Assembly: GCA_051294375.1 (NCBI GenBank)
Contig: CM119268.1
Span: forward strand, 15,156,172 to 15,220,171
Reading direction: 5' to 3'
Origin: Paraspadella gotoi
Taxonomy: Eukaryota > Animalia > Chaetognatha
DNA length: 64,000 nt
Under the pieces are notes generated by a model. It did not search any database, was not told the origin of the DNA, and was given only the letters and a program-made list of their open reading frames with translations. Of the stretch, positions 42,175 to 64,000 are shown in pieces. Every line of letters starts with the position of its first letter. The stretch's first letter is position 1. The translations under genes and the position numbers were made by a program.

Positions 42175-42441
42175 AAGAAATCTTGTCGGGACGACAATCG
42201 TTTCAAACCAAAGAAGAAATGACGTATAGTTTAAAGGGAAAAATTACAGCTTATGAAGAAAAGTGGCCGAAATTATTAACGAAAAATGAAGGAAAAAAAG
42301 AAAGAAAACGAGCTCCACGACGTCACGTGAAAAAACGAATAAAACACGAAAAACAAAAATATATTACTAACGAAACAACTATTTATTTAAACTCGGTTTT
42401 TCTGTTATTTTAATTTTCATGTTGACGTTTCAAAACCTTTA

Positions 42442-42511
<70 letters not shown>

Positions 42512-43181
42512 CATTTTTTCTGACCGAATTTTCCTCCATTTTATTTCAGAGCGCTGAATGGAATCAGTTAGGGGCTCACAGCTCACCGCGCGCATTAGTG
42601 GCTTCCACGTCGGTTTTTTTTTTTAGGCTTAAATCATCGTGCAACAACGAATAAAAAATCTCACACATTTAAATGAAATAAAAACTGAACTACAAACGAG
42701 AAAAAAAAAAGTGAACTCAAGTGCAATTTCTTTTCCGTATGACCTTCACCTCTCCAATGTATGGATCGGAACTAAGTCAGGTACGAAGCTTAGAACCTAA
42801 GGCTACGGAACAATTGCCGTCCGATATGTTGCTCTTATCGCGACAGTGATGCAGTTGCGACAAAAAAATGTATTTTACTTAAGTGTAAGAAAACTCACGC
42901 TGATGAAACTATTATTTTCAAAACGCAACGTTTAAAATTATTTATTCTGCTTTTTTTTAATTTTTGGGCTTTTTTTAGAATTGATCTTCCATGTAGTTTT
43001 TTTGCCGTAATACTTTACATTAGTCGATATCACATTAAATTAGGATTTTTGACATTGTACGTAAATTCATAAATTATAATTAGTATTCCCCTTCGTTTCC
43101 TTCTCCCATAGATTTCCTGCCATGATTTTCGTCACTCACGCCACCGATCGAAGCTCAAATATTTCGCGTTTCCGACCGACG

Positions 43182-43213
<32 letters not shown>

Positions 43214-43897
43214 CCAACGACCTCGTCGATGTCAGCGCCTCGAATCTAATTTCCGACGCCGTCGACTTCCAATGAAGGAGTCCGAATCTCTTTTTCCTCA
43301 CGCTCCGCCCGCCCGACCGACCGACCGCCCGACCGCCCGACCGCCCGCCCGACCGACCGACCCACGGACCGACCTCGACCGACCGACAACATCCGACCGG
43401 AAGAAGGGTCGAGTCGTTCTTCGGCTCGATAGCTTAGCTCCAGACGTCGTCGGTGGTGGAGGGTCGGCTTCGGCGGACGGACGCGTTGGGGACGAATCGC
43501 TCTTCGGTCGCCGTAGCCCTCTTTCAGACCCCACGGGTCCTTCGGACCATACGGGCTCTCCATTCATTCACGCATCTCCATCTTAGGCTGAAAATCTCCA
43601 AAAATCACGAAATAAACGCAAACAATCACGCAAAACAACGACGTAACCAAGGAAACGACATCTATTACAAAATTAGATTTTAGACACAATTGATCTTACA
43701 ACGGAATTATATAGTATAAAAACGCTTAGCGAAATTGACGCCTCCGTCTCTTCGACCGGATGTGAGCCACGCCCACGATGCGTCAGCGTTGGGCGAAGGC
43801 GCCTCTTTGAGGCGTCTCTCGCTCTCCTCCCGTCTTTCTCCGCTTTTTCTCCGGCGCCACCTGCCTCGGGCGGCGCCACCTGCTTTATCGTTCGGCG

Positions 43898-46801
43898 ATG
43901 CAGATGATGGCGATGCAGATTCCGCCACCTCCCTCCGGCGTGCCCTCCTCCCGTTCCCACGCCCACCATCACCACCATCATCACTCAATGAATTCGTCAA
44001 ACGGAAGTCATCAACATCTCCTACCCCATCAACACCATCACCACTCCAGCACAGGCGGTAGCGCCAGTTCCGGCTCCGGGGCCTCCGCCACGGCGGCGAG
44101 GCAAATGATGGCGGCGGCGGCATTTGTCGCCGCCGGCGCTGGTGGCGGTCACAGTGACGCCGCAACCCGTCCCGTCTCGTCATCGGGCGGCATTCTTAAC
44201 GGCGCCCTCTCTTCCACCGGCAGCGCGGACGCGACGGCCGCGGCCGCCGCCATCCTCGCCGCAGCCCAACCCACCTTCTACCAAAGCGCGGCGGTCGCTG
44301 CTGCGGCAGCGGCGGCGCAGCAGCAGACTACCTCATCCTCAGCGTCGGCGGCGCCAGCGTCGAGCGCCACGGCCTCTATCGTCGCGACAGCCGACATCGT
44401 CCCCGCCTCTTCCGCCGGCTCGTCGTCGACACTCCCCGCCTCCTCCTCCGGTGCCCTCACTCCTCCCGCTGCCTCCCAGGACGCTCAGCCGGATCGGCCC
44501 ATCGGCTACGGCGCTTTCGGCGTCGTTTGGGCCGTGACGGACCCTCGGGACGGCAAGCGGGTCGCCCTCAAGAAGATGCCCAACGTTTTTCAAAATCTCA
44601 TCTCCTGCAAGCGAGTGTTCAGGGAACTCAAGATGCTGTGCACCTTTAAGCACGACAACGTCCTCCAATCTCTCGACATCTTGCAGCCGCCCCATCCGGA
44701 CTTTTTCGCCGAGATCTACGTGATCACGGAGTTGCTGCAGTCTGACCTGCATAAGATCATCGTCTCGCCGCAGCCGCTCACCTCGGATCACGTCAAGGTG
44801 TTCCTCTACCAGATCCTGCGCGGATTGCGGTATCTCCACTCCGCGCGGGTGCTGCACCGGGACATCAAGCCCGGCAATCTCCTCGTCAACAGTAACTGCG
44901 TGCTGAAGATCTGCGATTTCGGTTTGGCGAGGATCGAGGAGCCGGACTCGTCGCGGAACATGACGCAGGTCAGTAGCTGAAAAGCAGAAAATTTGGTTAC
45001 TCCTGTTTTGAGAATTAAATTAAGCATAATGTACGTAGCCAAATAGTTAATTGAAATACCGTATTGTAAAAATAAAACTTTGGTTTTCCGCTTAAAAAAT
45101 TTTGTAAATTTTAAACTGTTAAACTCCCAGGTGAAAATTTGTCACTGGAACAAATATGGTTCATTTGAGAGACCCGCACCTCCTTTTTCAACCTTCTTCA
45201 AAATTATCTCTTATTAAACAACCATCGATATGTTTCGACCAACAGGAGGTGGTGACGCAGTACTACCGCGCGCCGGAACTCCTAATGGGCGCAAAGCACT
45301 ACGGTGCCGAGGTGGACGTCTGGAGCGTGGGCTGCATCTTCGCGGAGCTTCTCTCGCGGCGGATTCTTTTCCAAGCTCAGTCGCCGATTCAACAATTGGA
45401 ACTCATCACCGATCTCTTAGGAACGCCTAATATGGTGAGGGAATTAGTGAAATTAATATGATACGATAACAATGAAATGAATCTAACCGTTGCTAAAATT
45501 CAGATAAAGTTTTTTACTAATGATGAAAACATTAGACATTAGACAACCCTGTTTCTACGCCCTCCTTCTTTTAAATAATAATACTAATGACACTAAAGAC
45601 ATTAAAGCAATAATTTTAATACCTATAATACCTTTTTGTTCAAAGAATTTGTGTCAGAGACAGAGAAAAAGATTAAAAATATTCGACTAAATCAAATACT
45701 ACTCGGTTAAAGAATAATCGGAATTACAAAACGGTTAAATGATAAATATATATACTACAAACCTCTCTCCCAGGACGACATGACGAAAGCCTGCGAAGGC
45801 GCCAAGCAGCACATGATCCGAAAGCCGGCGAAGCCTCCGTCCTTGGCGGCGCTCTACACTTTGTCGAGCCAGGCTACCCACGAGGCCGTCCATCTTCTCT
45901 GTCAGATGCTGATCTTCAACCCCCACAAAAGGATCTCCTGCACGGACGCGTTGGCGCATCCTTACCTCGAGGAGGGCCGGCTGCGGTACCACAGCTGCAT
46001 GTGCCGGTGAGGAGAAGCGTCCAAATGGGCTTGGAAGGGTGGGGGCCTTTGGTGAGCGCGTTGGTATCGAACCGCAAGTGAGACACGGTCGACGTTTACC
46101 TTTCAGATGTTGCTATAACACGTCGCAAGGCCGGCAGTACACGACGGACTTCGAACCCGTCTCGATGTCTCCCTTCGACTACAACATTGGCGATGAACTC
46201 ACCTCCGTGTCCCAAGCCAAAGAAGAGGTAAGGTTTTTTTGAGGGGGTGGGCGAGGAGATTTTCAATTAACTTATATAAGGATCCTTCACGGCTATAAAA
46301 CCATTTTATAACTGCTCGACTTCTAGCTGTTTTTATTGAAGAAACCGTCACGTCTGTTCATGGTGGAATGAACTTAACCTTACTTTTTCCTTACCTTTCC
46401 TTTACTCTTTCTTTCCGAGGAAAATCATTATTTTTTTGTTTTTATTCTCAAAGCAAAAAGGGGTGCCGATCAGACATAAAAGTAGGAATAGGTGTTTTTC
46501 GTTGAGCATCCCCCCCCTAGGGGATTTAGCGCTCTTTTCTAACTTTGCCCTTTCCATTTATTCTCTCCTTTTTTCTATAGCACAATGGCCGTTTACATTT
46601 TAATAACTATTTCGTAATCCTTCCTTAAATTAAACTCCTCTTTCTTTCCGATTCCAGTTGCATAAATTCATCTCTGAACGGAACCGCGGTCACCGAGTGC
46701 CTCTCTGCATCAACCCTCATTCCGCAGCCTTCAAGTCCTTCACTCGGTATAACAGCCCCCACCAACAATCCACCAAGTCACAAAAACACAAGAACCGATG
46801 A
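43898..46801 (+). CDS. NLK: Nemo-like kinase (MAPK family), 5 coding exons, ~585 aa
   Basis: Exons 43898-44968, 45246-45434, 45774-46006, 46107-46227, 46658-46801. His/Ala-rich N-terminus, PDRPIGYGAFGVVWAVTDPRDG, HRDIKPGNLLVNSNC, activation loop MTQEVVTQYYRAPE (TQE is diagnostic of NLK), GRLRYHSCMCRCC and RVPLCINPHSAAFKSF. The exact start Met and the extreme C-terminus are uncertain. Confidence 0.97.
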
Positions 46802-49800
46802 TGACCAACGACGTCGAGGGATCGAACTCCCCCCCCCTTTTCCTCTCCGGCTCTCCCCGCGGCCCCACGCGCCCCCCCCCATCTCCATCAACCCCATCAA
46901 CAGCCTCAGTCGGCGATTTTTTTCGCGCACGCTTCTCATCCTTCCCCTTACCCCTCCCGCCCCCCCCCAAAAAAAAAAGGAAAAAAATCTTTCGGACATT
47001 TTGACCCTTTACCTTAAAGGTCGAGCGACAGGTTAATCCTCCGTCCCTTTATACCCTTTGTTCTTCCCTCTCCATCCCTCTTGTCCGTTATTCTTCCGTC
47101 TCCTTCCTTGTTTCTATTTTCCGTATCTCTCTCTCTATTTCGCTTCGAGTTTTTCTTTGTCCTTTCTTCTACTCTTCTACTCCATCCCTCCTCTCTTTCG
47201 TCTCCTTTTCTATTTTCCTTCATCCATTTTTTTTCCTTTTCGTCTCCTTCTCTATTCTTAATTCTTTTCTTACTTCTCCCATATTTCTCTTTTTCGGATG
47301 TTTCTGTTTCTCTTTTCGTGCGAAACCAAAAAAAAGTTAACGATTTTTCTGAATCGCGAAAAATGTGGAAAAAAGTACGAAAAAGTTAATGAAGTGTTCA
47401 TCTTTTCCTTATCTATCTAAATAATGCCAATTTCCATCCAAAACCGTGATGAAGCATATTTTTACTAAAAAGTAGTCTCTAACAAGTAAATTATAGATTT
47501 TGTTTCTTTTGCTATAAAAAGTTGCACGTGCAGTAAAAGTTAAAAAAAGTAACTTATAATTAAGGGCTAACAATAAAAATATGTTAATTGACTATTAAAT
47601 TTTTTTCTGAAAATCTATCAAATTTATTAGTTTTTTAAAACCGTCTTTCCTTCGATACATTACAAAAGTTGGATGTAAAGGTCTTGGACACGAGATTTAG
47701 AAAAATCGAAAATGTAGAATAAAAGACAAGAGGCTTTTAGCTCTCCTCTAATCAGTATTTTAGGAAAGGAATTTAGTATAATAACAAATAGTAGTTTTTT
47801 TTCTTTAAATTCATCCGTCCTTTCAAAATAGCATCCCACACAATTTCATTTAAAACTATAAGCATACTCTTATAAGTTTTTCATGTTTTACGCTTTTATC
47901 GGCGTATTTAAATAGCATCAATCCTTCTACAATGTTCAATGACATTTTTAAGAAGTTTTTTTTCCAGTTTATATTTAAACTTTGTTACCTGTTATAAAAA
48001 ACGTAGGAAGTTGCAGCAACATTAATCACGCTCAGGAGTTTTTGGTCTATTTTTATTTTCTCATTTTAATTACACACCGACCTAAAATTTTATTTTAATA
48101 ATTAAATTTTTCTTAAGACAACTTTTTTAAAATGGACATGAAATTAAAAAAAAAATTAAATGTAGCTAGAATTTGAGATTTTCTCAATGCCAGCACGTAT
48201 GGAGTTTTTAGTCTACTTTGGTGCCATTTTGTTCATTCCTTATCTTTTTATCTTCGCCAATTTTGCCTGTTCTTTAACGAAAAGAATCGAACACACAAAC
48301 ATACTGCCAACGATGAACAAAACAGCGAGAAAAAACGATATTTTTTTTTTGTTCCCTAGCGTATCGAGTTTAATCTTTTTTTAAAATTACAAATATTTTC
48401 CAAAACAAAAAATTCTAAAAGTAATTCGTTTGTTAAGGTTAAGTTGTAATTTAATGCTTTATAGTTTTTTTTTTTAAATTTAAATATGTTTTTTCTGAAA
48501 GTTAAATTTTTTTAAGACTCTCAAAACTGTAAAGAATATTTACCGATCTAAACTAGATATTTTCTAAACTTCTAAGCTTTTAAATTTCTGTGCGTTATGT
48601 ACTTATTCCTTCTTATTTCTTTCCCCGCATCAATCAAGTCTGGCTTACAGCGCAACGTTGCCCGCGTTTAGTTTCCTCTTTCAAATTTTTTCCGGCGAGG
48701 GTGATTACGCCCAACCCACCACCAATATTGGGATTCAGGACAATGAGATTTCTTTCACCTTCTCTTCCCTCGGGGGCTACACACTCATATCTAGTTTCCT
48801 GCCATGCCATGTCATTTCCCTGCCATTGCCATTACCCCCCCCACCCACTCTGGCATTGTCGGTTTTGATCATGACCCTGAGCAAAACGCTTTTTTTTTTA
48901 TAAACGAAAGCAACAAAACATACTAACTTGAAAAAATTTTTTTTAGTTTATTTTATATTTAGTCATTAATTTGTTGTCTCGATAGTTCGTTGATACATTA
49001 ACTGTTATCCTCTAGCATTACCGACGTTTCATCTTTTCAGTTCGTACTAACATTAAATTGGCTTATGTTTTAATTTCGTCATAGTGATCATCCCAATTTG
49101 CATCGCTAATAATTACTTTTATCATCATCATCATCATCATCATCATCATCTTCGCCATCGTCCATTTACCAAAACCCGACAAAAAACAATACCAGACTTA
49201 AAAAAAAAGTTATCAGACGTAGCGTTGATTTCTTACTTTTGCTGCTTGTTTTATCTTTAACTTCCTTTTTTAAGACTAATGATAATATTCCTGAAAGTTA
49301 TATCAATGAGTAATATCTTCATTTTTTCGCAAACAAAATGGTTCACAAGAACCGGCCAAATTATCAAATATATTCTTTTGAATTTTAAAAAATTATATTA
49401 CTGCGAAAAAGGGGAGCTTTACTCGCGTATAATTTTGTTCCACTCAATTTTGTATTGTTCTTAAATACAAAAAAAAAAATATTCACGGGGAAATATAAAG
49501 ACTTGTCGATGTAAATCTTGGTACCGCAGATGATTTTGCTAGCAATAATTATCTGGTATTATTATCCTTCAAATCATTTTATTATCACCCCTCCTTGCAC
49601 ACTTCTCTCTCTCCATCGTGTTACATGTCATTGTAATACCGTCGTTTAGTACAATTTTATAGTACAATTCTCTAATTCTTAAACAATCTTGCCCTTCCCC
49701 CCAAAATGCCCGACCATACGACCATTTTATTTTTAAACATAATGTCAGCATAAAAATGTTTTTTCCGCTTGCTGAATGATATCGAAAATAAACCGTTCGT

Positions 49801-50605
49801 GTTCGGTATTCGTCTTATTATAATTATTCTTTATATTGCCGCGATGAATCTGTGTAATATTTTTTTTTCAATTGTTTTTATAATAAGTTATTATTTCCTC
49901 ACATATTTGTGAACCTAATTTTTTTTTAATTGTAACATTTCATCTTCAGATATCGCTTTGATCTCGAACTTGAAATGAATCTTTTTTATTTCTACCGTAT
50001 GACGGTAATTTCAAACGCTAAATTATTCCTGGTTAAAGAAATTAATTAAAAAAAACGCAAGATGCTGTTTTATCTCAATTTGCATGACATTCGTGTCATG
50101 TACCTGACTCTAAATGAAATTTTTTTGCGTTCTGATTTATAAAGAAAATCGTAGTTGACTGTTGTACAGGAGTTGTATCAACCAAGTTAATATTTCCCTT
50201 GAGTAGAATACATGTAATGTGTAAAAAATATAAAAACGAACAAAAAAAATAAAAAAGGAATAAAAAAAGTGAAACATAAAGCTCAAACGTTTTTGCTTAT
50301 AGATGATCGGTAATTAGACAATTTCATGGAATCAATCAGTTAGTAGGAATTTGTCAATGATTTGGCGAAAAGCAACCAAACGATAGTAAATGGTATCGAT
50401 TGTGATTAAAAGAGCTGTGAGTTAATGTTTTCAAGAACAGTCTCGTGAATATTTTGCTTTTGAAAGACAATCAATACAAAGATTTGAGAAAAGACGGTGG
50501 GTTTTAGCAAAAAGCTCATTAATCTTTAACAATGACAACGATAAAACGCGCTAGCTTTAAGATCGTGTACTGGTTTAGTTTTATTTATTATGAGTTATTG
50601 AAATG

Positions 50606-53564
50606 TCACTTCTTTTTGCCGCCCTTTCCCTTAGCCGAGCCTTTGGCGCTTCCTCTCGGATCCTTGCCGTCCTTACGCGGCACGGCTGGCAGAGCGGCAG
50701 GAGCGAAGCGTGGCGGCGGACCCAGCGCTTGAGGTCGCGGGACGAGGGTCTTTTCCAGTTTGAAGGAGAGAGTTTCCACGACGTCGTTGACCTGTTGATC
50801 GGGGAGAAACGGGGTTAGGAAAGGGGAAGGATAGAACCGCCGCGGTCGAACGTCAACGAGGAAGCGTCGCGACCGGCATATATCGGATCATCGACGAACG
50901 ATGCCTTATAAAATTGGCACCGCCGCGACGATTCAACAGCGTCGCGTGCGAGGTTTAAATCCCGAAAGTCACTGGATCGAAACCGACCTTTGTCATCTCC
51001 GGACGAGAATTCGCCCGACTTATTCGACGGCGTTTAATCAAACGGAAGAATCGGAATCATCTGCCGGTTCATATACGGGCTAACCGCAAAGCCCAAAAAA
51101 CTGGAAGTACCTAAAAGTGACTTTTAAAATTTCGGCCGCAAAAAGCAGTAATTAATATCGGACGACACTGCGAAAAGCTGATTACTATGCTATGTAATCG
51201 AGGATTAAAAATTATTTTTCTTTACTCTGAGCTCTCGATAAAACTTTTTTTCAATTGAAACATTTTCTAAATTCTGAAGAAAAAAAAATCATCATCTTCC
51301 TCAGAACGAGACGCATTCAAGATTCCCTAATCCTCAATTATCCTCAATTATCCTCGATATCATTCTTCTAAGACAAGTCAAGTCATGTCTTGGCCGCGCG
51401 TTCTTTGTTACAAATCGATGCTCAATTGTTTTGGGTTCATTGGGAAAACGAAGTTAAACTACTAGCGCTTCGATCGACTCTAACGGTGATCAGGAAAAAA
51501 AAAGACGTAAAATTTGCTTTATATTGTTAACCGTGACCTCGGTTCGGGCCTAATCGTAACAAAAACAAAAACAAAAACAAAAACAAAAACAAAAACAAAA
51601 ACAAAAACAAAAACAAAAACAAAAAACAAAAAAAATTATGAAATGAAAGAAAATTTCCCTTAGATTTGTCTGTAAATATTTATCTGACTTTGAGGCAGGT
51701 ATATTTTAATGTACAGTAATTTCTTGCAGTTCAGTTATTTTTACGAAAGAAAGAGTGTCATTCTCTTTAGGAAAGAAAGTCCTAAAATTTATTTATTTTC
51801 CCTGATTCAATCCCCCTCCCCCCCAAAAAAGTACCTGCAATCTCATGCCGCCGACGAGGTGTTCCGTGTGGACGGCGGCGATATCCCGGACGATCCGCTC
51901 GAGCGTCTCCTTGTCCTTGAAAGAGGGCGCGTCCATGACGGCGGCCAAGACTTCTTCCACGACGGCCTTGAGGCGGCGCTCGTGTTCTTCAATCAAACGA
52001 CGTTTCTCCTCCGCGCGACGCGCAGCTTCTTGGTTCTCCCTTGGAGTCAAAGAGTCTATCGTTGACTTCGATCTTCATCAACAACAGCAGTAACAATGAC
52101 AGCAACAGCAAAAAAAAAAAACAACTAATGACAACAATAACAATGACGACAAACAGCTAAAAAAATGACGATGACAATACCAACGAAAAAATTTACGACA
52201 ACAAAAACAATGGCATCAAAACAAAGACAACAACCAACACAAAATTTCGAAATTTTCTTTTAACGCAACAAAATAAAAGAGAAAACCTCAAAAAAACGTT
52301 ATCCAAAATCCACGATTCTAAAGACTGATTCGCTTCCCGCCAACGACACCTGAGATTAATCTCGTTGAGTTTATTTTCGTAGGCCCAAACGTCGTAGGGC
52401 TTGGACTGAGCAAGCGGAGGCGGAATCATGGGGGGACGGACGTTGGCGATCAGGTGGGCGTCGAACGGTGGGCGTGGCTGATTGAGAGAGGAAAGAGTTT
52501 GATCGATCGATCGAGATTGATTGACTGCTCGATCAGTCGATAGATTTCATTTCTTTCAATTCAAGCTCGAAAATATTTATTCGCGGGTTCTGCCTCGATC
52601 CATGAGGTTTTTATCAGTCTGACTGTAACCCGAAAGAATTTCAAAAATTATTTATAACATGTGGCGCTTTCGGAAAATACTGCCTAAATTTGTTTTTTTA
52701 GCTACCTGAGTATGTACGAAGTTGAAGAGCCTGTAATGCCGCAAGAGATCGTCGAGGAAATAAGAGGAAAATTTCTCCACGTTGATCTGCTTCACCTGTT
52801 TGCTCTTGACGAGGCGTTCGACGGCGTTGCGGTAGAGGCAGAGCGCCTGCGTTCGGGCCACGCCCTCGCAGGCGCACGTCAACATCCGGCGCATGACGGG
52901 AACGAGAGCGAGGGCTTCGGAAAGGGGAAAGCCTCGCTGGAGAAGTGGGGGAGAAGGAAAAGTGGGTCAGAAGTGAAAAAATGAAGAGGGAAGTGAGGAG
53001 AAGTGAAAAAATTAGAACATTTTTTAAATATTTTTTAATATTTTTTAATATTATTTAACATAATCCTTTTTCAAATATAACAATAAATAGACGTTTGAAT
53101 TCGACTGTATTCTAAATTCTGATGTAGTTATCTTCCTGAACAACCCCAGAAAAATCTTGGTCATATTCAGTATTATTGTTTAATATTACATTTTATACTT
53201 TAATCATCATCGTACGAAACTCAACCTGCAGCGCGTAAACGACATTGTCGAAAACGAAATCGGCGACGAGGTTTTCTCTGACGGCGTCGTCGTCTTCCGG
53301 CGCGCAATCGACGCCGAGAACGCCGGCCAGGAGACGCACGCCGTCGACGCGCCGCCCGCACATCACCGTGGACACGAGGCGCGCCTCGGAGTTGGCGCCC
53401 GAAGTCGACGGCGCCAACGACTTGGACAGCGACGCGTTAACGATGGATTTCGAAGGGGACGACGCCGGACTCGAGGCGGCGAGCGGCGCCGGACCGAAAC
53501 CAACGACGCCATCCGCAAGACCCTTTGGCGCCGGGCTGGGCGCCGCCGTCGAAAGAGCCGTCAT
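50606..53564 (-). CDS. C8orf74: C8orf74-like protein (CLAMP / flagellar C1a-32 family), 5 exons, ~362 aa
   Basis: Exons 53564-53226, 52936-52706, 52477-52350, 52039-51835, 50791-50606, phase-consistent. The motifs ENLVADFVFDNVVYALQRGFPFSE, YFLDDLLRHYRLFNFVH, PPMIPPPLAQSKPYDVWAYE and LSFKLEK are colinear with C8orf74 as I recall it. Basic tail KGKGGKKK. Confidence 0.8.
51559..51633. repeat. (ACAAAA)n hexamer array in an intron
   Basis: Directly visible. Confidence 0.95.
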
Positions 53565-53839
53565 TTATATCTAAATCGAGCGGTCAAGATTTTCCGGCAG
53601 AGAGACGATATCGTTTTCATCCAAGCTTTACTGTCATTAGAGTCATCTTTCGGAAAAAGTAAATAAATACAAATTCTTGGTGAAAAAAAAACTAAAGAAG
53701 AAGAGGAAATTAAAGTATAAACTGAATCAATGACGAAAAGAAAAGGCGCTCATCAAAATTTTACTTTAATTATTAATTAATTAGTAATTAAATTAAAAAA
53801 AAAAACTGAAGTACAGTCGGAAAAAATAAGTTGTGGCAA

Positions 53840-63648
<9,809 letters not shown>

Positions 63649-63786
63649 CGAGTTAATTTGTAAATTAGCTTTTATTTATCCAATTAGTTTGAGGCATTCT
63701 ATCAGTAAAAATGTTTTCGCTTTTCATAAACATTCGTTTTGTTTCCTTTGATTCGGTTCAGAGCGACAAAAATAATGGGACCATCA

Positions 63787-63800
63787 GTAACTATGACGAC
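63787..63800. promoter_or_regulatory. Candidate RFX X-box upstream of CFAP210
   Basis: GTAACTATGACGAC (reverse complement GTCGTCATAGTTAC) approximates the 14-bp X-box GTNRCC-AT-RGYAAC. It lies ~140 bp upstream of the ATG of a ciliary gene. Confidence 0.5.
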
Positions 63801-63807
63801 AGATCAA

Positions 63808-63911
<104 letters not shown>

Positions 63912-64000
63912 CGGCTCTGCTCTTCCTCCTCCGTAAGCATTTCTGTTCTCTAAAACTTATAATTTATGTATATTTTTTTCGTCCCAGTCTTTCATAATAA

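Noticed and set aside
43305-43400. (CCGA/CCGC)n tract giving RPTD/GRSV ORFs
   Set aside because: A simple repeat in the probable NLK 5' UTR.
43707-44857. Overlapping antisense and alternate-frame ORFs over NLK exon 1 (similarly over FoxB, C8orf74 and CFAP210 exons)
   Set aside because: They are expected shadows of GC-rich coding sequence and have no independent motifs.

Overview
Eukaryotic (animal) genomic DNA, AT-rich with many (AG)n and (TTTC)n microsatellites and seven N gaps. The ORF track is mostly noise, so I built the gene models by hand from GT-AG splice sites and reading phase. Five intron-containing genes are supported: FoxB (+, 3203-6328), an orphan class A GPCR with an NSW motif in place of DRY and a Cys-rich third extracellular loop (-, 6807-10109), Nemo-like kinase (+, 43898-46801), a C8orf74-like protein (-, 50606-53564) and CFAP210/CCDC173 (-, 53840-63648). 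The last two are only 275 nt apart. Family calls rest on recalled motifs, not on database searches. The most notable non-genic element is a 658-bp non-autonomous LTR element (TRIM) at 56558-57215. It has a PBS, a PPT, a probable 4-bp target-site duplication and a tRNA-like cassette inside each LTR. The window also holds a tRNA-derived SINE, a ~580-bp palindrome, a possible Helentron-associated element, a four-copy GTCACGTG cluster and an intronic hairpin with hammerhead-core motifs. Roughly 18.9-28.2 kb and 30.3-31.8 kb look like low-accuracy long-read gap fill and should not be trusted at base level.
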